DNA of 64,000 bases from Candidatus Omnitrophota bacterium (GCA_022703055.1 JAKLEP010000001.1:26850-90849), one strand, 5' to 3'; positions 26,970-34,298 are shown, numbered from the stretch's first letter. Notes: generated from the sequence alone by a model not told the origin. Translations and numbers: made by a program.

Positions 26970-28091
26970 TTAGTTCAAAGGCGCAATTTGGCTTTGGGCG
27001 TCGTAATAAATCGTTTCTCCCGAGAGGCCCTTTTTGTTCTCTAGTTTAATTTTAATGGTTACAAGTTTTTTGTTGGCATCCGTTGAAAAAGTTGCTTCTA
27101 CTGCTTTGTCGGCGATCACTCTTCTGTCTAATATAGTTTTTACGGTAGCTGCGTAAGCTTCTTTTATCGCTAAAATACCATCGAATAATTTACCCCAAGG
27201 GCCTGGTGCTCTGTTTTGGTTTTGTGTTTTGTTATGGACTAATATGCCGTCGACAAAATATGTATGGCAAGGCTTGGCAGTTAAATTATAAACCGTGGCT
27301 TCTTGATTTATTTTCTCTATGGTTTGTATTTCTTCGGTTTGGTTTTTGTAATTTAAGAGCTTATCCCCGATTTTTAAAGATCTGATTTTTACCCATTTTC
27401 CTTCGTGGTAGAAGGGATGCTCTGGCGTGACTTTAATCCGGCCGTTAATAATAAGATATGACTTGGCCTTGTGCACAAAAACTTTTGCCACTTTGTCTTC
27501 TTGGGTTTTTTTTGTTTTTTCATTAAATGCCAGAATTTTATCTCCGGGCTTAATTTCTTCGATGACTTTTGTAGAACCATCAGCCATAAGTATAGGGCTA
27601 CCCGCCAAAAAACAACCGCCACCACCTCCGCCACCACCTCCGCCACCGCCAGATTCTTGCCATTCCCAAACATCAACTACCAGTTTTTTACTATTATTGA
27701 CATATATGTCAAAGTAGCCGTTTTTTACCATAACTGTATCTCCGTTAGCAGCAAGATAATAAGCCCCGGTTTTTAACTGACCTAAATTTGTAAAGACTGT
27801 ACCGGCTACGGAGTCATTTGTGACAACTGGAACCTGGAATGTAATTTTATTTCCAAGACATTCGCCTTGTTGGCAGGATGCGATTTCAATTGTTCCGGCG
27901 ACAGCTTTCTCAATAAGATTCTGTGAGGACTCGATGGCATTTTGTGCTTGTTGTTTTAAAGTCGAATACATATTGGTTTTCACAAAACCGGTGTTCATCA
28001 GAATAAAGATGCTGAAGATAATAGCCGCTAAGCCCATACTTATTCCGGCGACGACCATGATTTCTATGAGCGTGAAACCTCTGTTTTTCAT
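26970..28091 (-). CDS. Prepilin-type (type IV pilin-like) protein with an internal poly-Gly linker and inserted Hint/BIL domain
   Basis: 373 aa. The N-terminus is MKNRG|FTLIEIMVVAGISMGLAAIIF. Twelve Gly (residues 148-159) precede residues 160-287, CFLAGSPILMADGS..KVTPEHP..VYNLTAKPCHTYFVDG..ILVHN. An 86-aa beta-rich tail follows. Confidence 0.8.
   Translation of the reverse strand: MKNRGFTLIEIMVVAGISMGLAAIIFSIFILMNTGFVKTNMYSTLKQQAQNAIESSQNLIEKAVAGTIEIASCQQGECLGNKITFQVPVVTNDSVAGTVFTNLGQLKTGAYYLAANGDTVMVKNGYFDIYVNNSKKLVVDVWEWQESGGGGGGGGGGGGCFLAGSPILMADGSTKVIEEIKPGDKILAFNEKTKKTQEDKVAKVFVHKAKSYLIINGRIKVTPEHPFYHEGKWVKIRSLKIGDKLLNYKNQTEEIQTIEKINQEATVYNLTAKPCHTYFVDGILVHNKTQNQNRAPGPWGKLFDGILAIKEAYAATVKTILDRRVIADKAVEATFSTDANKKLVTIKIKLENKKGLSGETIYYDAQSQIAPLN
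27615..27650 (-). repeat. (GGN)12 coding microsatellite (poly-glycine)
   Basis: The minus strand reads ggc ggt ggc gga ggt ggt ggc gga ggt ggt ggc ggt, immediately 5' of the Hint Cys codon at 27614-27612. Confidence 0.9.
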
Positions 28092-28103
28092 TTTTGCCTC
28101 CTC

Positions 28104-28138
28104 AAAAATTTAACCCATCCTTTGAAAGGGATGGGTTT
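28104..28138 (-). terminator. Leader hairpin plus U-tract, the candidate riboswitch expression platform
   Basis: The RNA reads AACCCAUCC(C)UUUCAAAGGAUGGGUU followed by AAAUUUUU. It lies between the aptamer and the GAGGAGG SD of the first pilin gene. Confidence 0.5.
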
Positions 28139-28149
28139 CAGAAAAAATA

Positions 28150-28230
28150 CGTTGGCAGCCAGGCAACCCATATAAATATGGGTCCTTAGCTTTGCGCCCC
28201 ATCCTTTCAGATGGTTTACCTTTTTCAACG
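28150..28230 (-). promoter_or_regulatory. Candidate c-di-GMP-I (GEMM-I) riboswitch aptamer
   Basis: The 81-nt RNA is CGUUGAAAAAGGUAAACCAUCUGAAAGGAUGGGGCGCAAAGCUAAGGACCCAUAUUUAUAUGGGUUGCCUGGCUGCCAACG. It has a closing stem CGUUG/CAACG and a GAAA-capped hairpin. The core AAACCAU..GAAAG..UGGG.CGCAAAGC matches the V. cholerae Vc2 aptamer as I remember it. A second hairpin follows. Confidence 0.6.
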
Positions 28231-28251
28231 CAAGCCTAATTGTCCAATAAA

Positions 28252-28279
28252 AGTATAACATAAAAAAAGGGCTTTTCAA
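28252..28279 (-). promoter_or_regulatory. Promoter of the pilin-Hint operon (extended -10)
   Basis: The minus strand reads TTGAAA (28279-28274), a 16-nt spacer ending in TGT, then TATACT (28257-28252). This gives an extended -10 of the form TGnTATACT, about 20 nt upstream of the aptamer. Confidence 0.5.
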
Positions 28280-28376
28280 TAATAGTGGAAGCCTGTAAGA
28301 AAGCGTTTTCTTGCAATATTATTATGAATAAAAATTGATCAATGGCTTGTTTTTGGCTAATGATAAAAGCTTGTTC

Positions 28377-28405
28377 TTGACTTAATGCCACTTTTATATT
28401 ACTAT
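28377..28405 (+). promoter_or_regulatory. Candidate promoter of the plus-strand gene block starting at 28445
   Basis: TTGACT, a 17-nt spacer, then TACTAT. It is followed by an AAGAGG SD before the ATG at 28445. Confidence 0.4.
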
Positions 28406-28444
28406 ACCATTGCTTTCCAGCCGTAAAAAGAATAAGAGGTTAAG

Positions 28445-29413
28445 ATGGTAAAATTCCGTAAAAGAATAACATCCGCAAAACCGGCGATAATGATAGCCGC
28501 CTGGCCAGGCATGGGTAGTGTTGCCTTTAAAGCCGCCAATTATTTAAAAGATGCTATGAAGGCACAGGAAATAGCCCAGCTTGAATCTAAAGAGCTGTTT
28601 TTTCCCAACGACGCCTGGATAGACAGCGGCTTGTTAAAGATGCCCGAGGCCCCGGAGGGCAAATTTTATTTCTATAAGAATAAATCCGATAAGGAAGACT
28701 TGATTATTTTTATTGGACAGGCCCAGCCAAGCCCAGAGAAAAACCAGCAATATGTCGGCGAGATATTGGAGATAGCAAAGAAGTTTAAGATTAAACAGAT
28801 TTATACCTTTGCAGCCATGCCTGCACCAATAGATCATCTTAAAGAGCCGGAAGTTTTAGCGGTCGCTACAGATAAGAAGTTGCTTGATGGTTTGAAGAAA
28901 GTTCCCGTCAAGATTATGAGTTCTGGTCAGATTAGCGGATTGAACGGATTGTTTTTGGCTATGGCCAGGGAATCGGGATTTTCCGGAACCTGCCTTTTGG
29001 CAGAAATACCGCTTTATGCTGTTCAGATTGAGAACCCCAGAGCATCTTTGGCGGTTTTGGAGGCGTTCAGTAAATTGAGCGCAATTAAATTTGATCTAGA
29101 ACAGTTAAGATCCCAGGCAAAGTCGATGCAGGAAGAGATAGAAAGATTGATCGATTATCTGAAAACTCCCGAGGAGGAATTGAATCGGCCGATAACCGAA
29201 GAAGAAATCGAAAAAATCAAAAATATGCTGGCAGCGCAGGATAAATTGCCGGTTTCTGCTAAAAATAAAATCGAAGAACTTTTTTCTTTGTCAAAAAATG
29301 ACATCGCTAAGGCCTCTGAATTGAAACAAGAATTAGACAAATGGGGGATATATAAAGAATATGAGGATAGGTTCCTTGATTTGTTTAAGAAAAAACAGAA
29401 AAAAGAAAACTAA
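28445..29413 (+). CDS. PAC2 (proteasome assembly chaperone-like) family protein with coiled-coil C-terminus
   Basis: 322 aa. The N-terminus PAIMIAAWPGMGSVAFKAANYL is typical of bacterial and archaeal PAC2 family proteins as I recall. The C-terminal about 100 aa are charged and helical. Confidence 0.45.
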   Translation: MVKFRKRITSAKPAIMIAAWPGMGSVAFKAANYLKDAMKAQEIAQLESKELFFPNDAWIDSGLLKMPEAPEGKFYFYKNKSDKEDLIIFIGQAQPSPEKNQQYVGEILEIAKKFKIKQIYTFAAMPAPIDHLKEPEVLAVATDKKLLDGLKKVPVKIMSSGQISGLNGLFLAMARESGFSGTCLLAEIPLYAVQIENPRASLAVLEAFSKLSAIKFDLEQLRSQAKSMQEEIERLIDYLKTPEEELNRPITEEEIEKIKNMLAAQDKLPVSAKNKIEELFSLSKNDIAKASELKQELDKWGIYKEYEDRFLDLFKKKQKKEN

Positions 29414-29417
29414 TTAG

Positions 29418-30110
29418 ATGATAAAACAAGCTAGCGCCAAACAGATTCAAAAATTAGACAATATTGCCATTAACAAATACAAAGTTGATTCATTATTTCT
29501 TATGGAGAATGCCGGGAAGGCAGTTGCCGAGGAGGTTTTAAGCATTCTTAAGAAGAGAAAATTCAAGAAAATCGCTGTTATTTGTGGTAAAGGCAATAAT
29601 GGAGGGGATGGTCTTGTCGCCGCAAGATACTTAGTTAGCCGGGGCTTTGAGGTAAAAAATTTTTTGATCGGGAAAGTGAAGGAAATCACAAGCGACTCTC
29701 GCGCAAACTTGGATATTCTTTTGAATTTGAATCAGAACATATTTGAGATCCTCGATATAAGAACTTTTAACGGTTATAAGAAAATCATTAAAGATTGTGA
29801 GATGGTGATTGATGCCATTTTTGGCGTAGGGTTAAAAGGAGAAGTTAAGGAGCCTGCCAAGACAATTATAAATTTTTTGAATCGTTCAAGGAAAGTGGTA
29901 GTTTCTGTAGATGTGCCTTCTGGATTAGATGCTACTAGCGGTTTAGTGCTTGGGGCGTGTGTAAAGGCTAGCAGCACAGTGAGTTTTACCCTGGCTAAAA
30001 AAGGATTTTTTATTAACGACGGCCCGAAATTTATCGGCAAATTGAAGGTAGTAGATATCGGCATACCTAAGAATCTTATGAGAGCTGTTAAATATGCAAC
30101 GCATTGTTGA
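29418..30110 (+). CDS. NAD(P)H-hydrate epimerase (YjeF N-terminal domain)
   Basis: 230 aa. VICGKGNNGGDGLVAARYL and VDVPSGLDATSG are YjeF_N signatures. Confidence 0.8.
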   Translation: MIKQASAKQIQKLDNIAINKYKVDSLFLMENAGKAVAEEVLSILKKRKFKKIAVICGKGNNGGDGLVAARYLVSRGFEVKNFLIGKVKEITSDSRANLDILLNLNQNIFEILDIRTFNGYKKIIKDCEMVIDAIFGVGLKGEVKEPAKTIINFLNRSRKVVVSVDVPSGLDATSGLVLGACVKASSTVSFTLAKKGFFINDGPKFIGKLKVVDIGIPKNLMRAVKYATHC

Positions 30111-30756
30111 GATCGACAAAATAATCAAGATTCTCAAGAAAGAAGTTAAAGATTTGCAGAATCCTTCAGTTTCGGAGGTGGCGCTCGATTTTAAAAATCC
30201 TTTTCACGTCTTAATCTCTTGTATATTAAGCCTGCGTACCAAAGATCAGGTGACGCGGCTGGCGGCAAAAAGATTGTTTAAACTTGCGGATAATCCTATA
30301 GATATGCTTAAGCTTTCATTGCCAGAGATAGAGAAAGCAATTTATCCGGTAGGGTTTTACCGCGTAAAATCAAACAATATTAAAAATATCTGTAAGGATT
30401 TGATTGGCAAGTTTAAAGGGAGAGTCCCCGATAATATGGATGAGCTTTTGAGCCTTAAAGGGGTAGGCAGAAAAACCGCAAACTTAGTTTTGACTGAAGG
30501 ATTCGGCAAGCCTGGAATATGCGTTGACACGCATGTCCATAGAATATCAAATCGCTTGGGTTATGTTTCCACCAAAAATCCTTTTGAGACAGAGATGGCA
30601 TTAAGAAATAAGCTTCCCTTGAAATATTGGATAGAATACAATAATCTATTGGTGCGCTGGGGGCAGAACATTTGTAAGCCCGTAGGTCCGCTTTGCGGAA
30701 TTTGCAAAATCGAAAGGTTCTGCTTTAAGGTTGGCGTAGAAAAAAGGAAAAATTAA
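30094..30756 (+). CDS. nth: Endonuclease III
   Basis: 220 aa with an HhH-GPD motif (LKGVGRKTANLVL, VDTHVHR) and a C-terminal 4Fe-4S Cys cluster (CKPVGPLCGICKIERFC). Confidence 0.85.
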   Translation: MQRIVEIDKIIKILKKEVKDLQNPSVSEVALDFKNPFHVLISCILSLRTKDQVTRLAAKRLFKLADNPIDMLKLSLPEIEKAIYPVGFYRVKSNNIKNICKDLIGKFKGRVPDNMDELLSLKGVGRKTANLVLTEGFGKPGICVDTHVHRISNRLGYVSTKNPFETEMALRNKLPLKYWIEYNNLLVRWGQNICKPVGPLCGICKIERFCFKVGVEKRKN

Positions 30757-31766
30757 TGGCTGAAGATAAAATTCTACTCGGTCACGGCAGCGGCGGAAGA
30801 CTCATGCACGATTTAATAGAAAAGCTATTGTTAAAATATTTCAAGAATCCTTATTTGGAAAAGTTAACCGACGCGGCAGTTGTCGGATTAAAAAATAAAA
30901 AACTCGCTTTTAGTACCGATTCCTTTGTAGTCAAGCCTCTATTTTTCCCAGGAGGCGATATAGGCAAGCTTGTCGTTGCCGGGACGGTAAATGATTTAGT
31001 GATGATGGCGGCCAAGCCATTATTTTTAAGCTGTGCTATGATTATTGAGGAAGGATTCAGTGTTTCTGTTTTAGAAAAGATTGTAAGGTCAATGAGCGAA
31101 GCCGCAATGGATACAAGAGTTCAAATTATTACAGGCGATTTGAAAGTTGTAGAAAAAGGCTCTTGCGACGGGGTTTTTATTAATACTACCGGCATAGGAG
31201 AGATAGCCAATAGTGCGGAGTTATCAACTGACAATATTAGAGCAGGAGATCAAATTATTATTAATGGTCCGATTGGACAGCACGGTCTGGCGGTTTTGTC
31301 GGCGAGAAAAGAACTGGGCTTTAATTTTAAAATAAGAAGCGATTGCGCAGCGCTTTCAAAATTAATTTTACCGTTATTAGACGGAAATTCGGGAATAAAA
31401 TTCATGCGCGATCCCACGAGGGGCGGTTTGGCCACAACGCTTAATGAAATTACCGATAGAATAAAATTAGGAATAATGCTGGATGAGGAAAGAATCCCTG
31501 TTTCCCAATCTGTTAAGGCTGGCTGTGAAATCTTAGGGTTTGATCCTTTATACATTGCAAACGAAGGAAAAGCTGTGTTAGTGGTTGATAAATCAAAAGC
31601 CAAGAAGATTTTGGCCAGGTTAAAGAAACATCCTTTAGGGAAGTATTCTCAGATTATCGGCGAATTTAGAAAAGATCTCAAGAAAAAAGTTTGTTTAAAA
31701 ACTTCCGTCGGGGGAGTACGCATTGTTGATATGCTGACAAGCGAAATCCTACCGCGCATCTGTTAA
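30756..31766 (+). CDS. hypE: Hydrogenase maturation protein HypE-like (PurM superfamily)
   Basis: 336 aa. It has GHGSGG at the N-terminus and the diagnostic C-terminal PRIC motif. Confidence 0.75.
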   Translation: MAEDKILLGHGSGGRLMHDLIEKLLLKYFKNPYLEKLTDAAVVGLKNKKLAFSTDSFVVKPLFFPGGDIGKLVVAGTVNDLVMMAAKPLFLSCAMIIEEGFSVSVLEKIVRSMSEAAMDTRVQIITGDLKVVEKGSCDGVFINTTGIGEIANSAELSTDNIRAGDQIIINGPIGQHGLAVLSARKELGFNFKIRSDCAALSKLILPLLDGNSGIKFMRDPTRGGLATTLNEITDRIKLGIMLDEERIPVSQSVKAGCEILGFDPLYIANEGKAVLVVDKSKAKKILARLKKHPLGKYSQIIGEFRKDLKKKVCLKTSVGGVRIVDMLTSEILPRIC

Positions 31767-31769
31767 AAA

Positions 31770-32510
31770 ATGAAAACAAATAAATACCAGCCCAGATTTT
31801 ATCGCAACTGGCTGGACAAGAAAGAACTATTCACTAAACACATCGTAGTTGGAGAATCGGATATCTTGATTTCTTCCGATGTTGATTTAGATGAAGATTT
31901 CTTAAGAGCCAGGATTTCAGATTATCGCAAGAATATAGCAAAATATATTTTATGTGACAGAAATTTCTCCACATCTTTGACGCCGATTCGTGTTTCAAAA
32001 GGCGCCCCTTTAATCGTTAAGGATATGGCAGAGGCTGCAAAAAAATCCGGAGTCGGGCCGATGGCAGCAGTTGCCGGAGCTATAGCAGATTATTTAGCCA
32101 AAGACTTAAAGAATATGACTAAAGAATTGATTATAGAAAACGGCGGAGATATTTTCTTGAAAACCAAAACCAAAAGGCGCATAGGTATTTATGCTGGAGA
32201 TTCAAAATTGTCGGGAAAAATTGTTATTGAAATTGACGGCAAGAAAACTCCGCTAGGAGTTTGCACATCTTCTGGCACCGTCGGGCACTCTTTAAATTTC
32301 GGCATAACTGATGCAACGGTTATTGTGGCAAAAACATCCACATTAGCTGATGCTGTAGCTACTGCAACCTCAAATATTGTAAAAAAATCAGAAGATATCA
32401 AGAAAGCAATTAATTTCGCAAAATCAATACAAGGCGTGACTGCTATCTTGATAATCGTGAAAGATTTATTAAGCGCATGGGGAGATATAAAAATAGAAAA
32501 GGCTAAATGA
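31770..32510 (+). CDS. UPF0280-like (ApbE-related) protein
   Basis: 246 aa. The FYRNW..ESDILISSD pattern and Gly-rich core resemble the UPF0280 family from memory. This assignment is weak. Confidence 0.35.
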   Translation: MKTNKYQPRFYRNWLDKKELFTKHIVVGESDILISSDVDLDEDFLRARISDYRKNIAKYILCDRNFSTSLTPIRVSKGAPLIVKDMAEAAKKSGVGPMAAVAGAIADYLAKDLKNMTKELIIENGGDIFLKTKTKRRIGIYAGDSKLSGKIVIEIDGKKTPLGVCTSSGTVGHSLNFGITDATVIVAKTSTLADAVATATSNIVKKSEDIKKAINFAKSIQGVTAILIIVKDLLSAWGDIKIEKAK

Positions 32511-32517
32511 TGTTGTT

Positions 32518-33156
32518 ATGAAAAGAATACCCGAGGCATCCATCCACAGATTAAATTTATATCTAAGAACTCTTAAAGAATTGGCAAAGAATAGCGAGGA
32601 CGTAACCGTTTCTTCAAAGCAACTCGCTGAGGAATTAGGGATAAATTCTCATCAGGTAAGAAAAGACCTGTCATATTTCGGGAAATTCGGGCAGCGCGGT
32701 ATTGGTTATAGAACCAAAGAATTAGCCGATGATATAAATAAAATTCTCGGGCTAAACAAAAAATGGAAGATCTGTTTATGCGGACTGGGTAATTTAGGAT
32801 CAGCGTTGATATCTTACCGGGGGTTTAGGAAAGAAGGGCTTAATGTGGTTGCTGTATTCGAAAAAGATAAAGACAAAATAGGCAAAACAATCAATGGTAT
32901 CGATGTTTTCTCCGTCGAGAGAATGAATAGAGTTATTAGAGAGAAAAATATAGAAATTGGCATTATTGCTGTTCCGGCTGATGCCGCCAAGTCAGTAGCA
33001 AGTCAGTTGATTGATGCCGGGATAAAGGCAATCCTTAATTTTGCACCGATTAAATTGTCTTATCCGCAAGAAAAAGTAAGAATCCGCAATGTAGATTTAT
33101 CAATTGAGCTGGTAAATCTCGCCCAATTCCTCGCAAACATTTCAAAAAAATCTTGA
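32518..33156 (+). CDS. rex: Redox-sensing transcriptional repressor Rex
   Basis: 212 aa. It has a winged-helix N-terminus (RLNLYLRTLKEL, VSSKQLAEELGI..VRKDLSYFG) and a Rossmann loop (LCGLGNLGSAL). Confidence 0.85.
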   Translation: MKRIPEASIHRLNLYLRTLKELAKNSEDVTVSSKQLAEELGINSHQVRKDLSYFGKFGQRGIGYRTKELADDINKILGLNKKWKICLCGLGNLGSALISYRGFRKEGLNVVAVFEKDKDKIGKTINGIDVFSVERMNRVIREKNIEIGIIAVPADAAKSVASQLIDAGIKAILNFAPIKLSYPQEKVRIRNVDLSIELVNLAQFLANISKKS

Positions 33157-33302
33157 CAAAGAAAACCTAATGTGTTAAAAAAAAATTAGAGAAAAATTTT
33201 TTATAACATATTGAAAGGGAATAAGTAATTTAAATTGAAGAAAACTAGAATTTTAAAGGGCTTTTTAAACAAGGGCCCTTTTTTCTTTAAAAGGGCAGTT
33301 TT

Positions 33303-34298
33303 ATGAAGAAGACTATAGGTTTAACCTATGACATAAAAGAAGATCACAGGCTTCAAGAAGGCCAGCCCAAAGATACTTACGCCGAATTTGATCCCAAACA
33401 CGTCATTGATAACGTGGTTACTTCTCTGGAACAGTGCGGCTATAAAGTCATAAGGATCGGCAATGTCCATAGTTTACTGAAACAGGTTGGTAATTTGCCC
33501 GTCGATATAGTATTTAATTTGGCTGAAGGCATAGGCAGCAGAAACCGCGAGTCCCAGGTGCCGATGATTTTAGAAATGAATGGTATACCTTATATTGGAT
33601 CTGATGCCTTAACTTTGGGATTAACCTTGGACAAAATAATAGCCAAAAAAATATTTATCTCAGAGGGTGTTCCTACGCCTAGGTTCATAGAGCTTAAAAG
33701 TGCCGAAGAGATAGAAAGGAATATGGACCATCTGCAATTTCCTTTGATTGTCAAATTGCGTTATGAAGGTTCATCCAAAGGGTTGGATGAGGGCGCGCGC
33801 GTCGCCAATATAGATGAATTGAGAAACAGAGTTGGGAAAATTGTAAATACTTACAATGAATCTGTGCTAGTTGAAGAATTTATCCGCGGGACAGAATTTA
33901 CCGTCGGCATAATCGGCAATGAAAATCCGGAGGCGCTTCCGATCGTCCAGGTGCAGATTGACAATAAGCTTGATTTGCAGGATATGTTCTATACCTTCGC
34001 CCGCATATCTTCTGATAAGCTAAAATATATATGCCCGCCGAAGATAACGGATGAGCTTTATAAAAAGATAGAGGATTGCGCTATTAAAGCATACAAATCA
34101 GTCGAATGCAGAGATTTTGGCAGGGTGGATTTTAGAGTCGACGACAAAGGCAACCCATATGTTTTGGAAATTAATCCCCTACCCTCATTATCAAACGAAG
34201 ATACTTTTATGATTACGGCAAGAGTCTTGGGGATGACTTTCCCCGAGATGTTAGATAAAATTATAACGACAGGATTAAAACGATACGGCATAGCTTAA
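33303..34298 (+). CDS. ATP-grasp ligase of the D-Ala-D-Ala ligase family
   Basis: 331 aa with the Ddl-like architecture (GEDGxxQ-like region SQVPMILEMNGIPYIGS, PLIVKLRYEGSSKG, EINPLPSL). Confidence 0.6.
   Translation: MKKTIGLTYDIKEDHRLQEGQPKDTYAEFDPKHVIDNVVTSLEQCGYKVIRIGNVHSLLKQVGNLPVDIVFNLAEGIGSRNRESQVPMILEMNGIPYIGSDALTLGLTLDKIIAKKIFISEGVPTPRFIELKSAEEIERNMDHLQFPLIVKLRYEGSSKGLDEGARVANIDELRNRVGKIVNTYNESVLVEEFIRGTEFTVGIIGNENPEALPIVQVQIDNKLDLQDMFYTFARISSDKLKYICPPKITDELYKKIEDCAIKAYKSVECRDFGRVDFRVDDKGNPYVLEINPLPSLSNEDTFMITARVLGMTFPEMLDKIITTGLKRYGIA

Noticed and set aside
23861-27614. Reading the two Hint modules as classical self-splicing inteins, that is, selfish elements inserted in conserved host proteins.
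   Set aside because: - Both have Lys at the +1 position instead of Cys/Ser/Thr.
- There are no homing-endonuclease blocks.
- One module is nearly C-terminal, with only a 14-aa tail.
- The hosts are fast-evolving pilin-like proteins rather than conserved replication or metabolic enzymes.
- A BIL/Hedgehog-type autoprocessing role fits better, although true splicing in the 373-aa protein cannot be excluded from sequence alone.
28088-28279. 63-aa minus-strand ORF from the track (MKSPFFMLYFYW..) upstream of the first pilin gene.
   Set aside because: It lies exactly over the promoter, the riboswitch-like aptamer and the terminator hairpin. It has no SD and a low-complexity sequence. The RNA-element interpretation explains the region better.
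33157-33302. A Rex operator (TTGTGAA-N6-TTCACAA type) and a terminator downstream of rex.
   Set aside because: There is no convincing Rex box in the spacer. The AAGGGC..GCCCTT hairpin with a T tract (about 33245-33275) is short with a large loop, so I did not list it as a feature.
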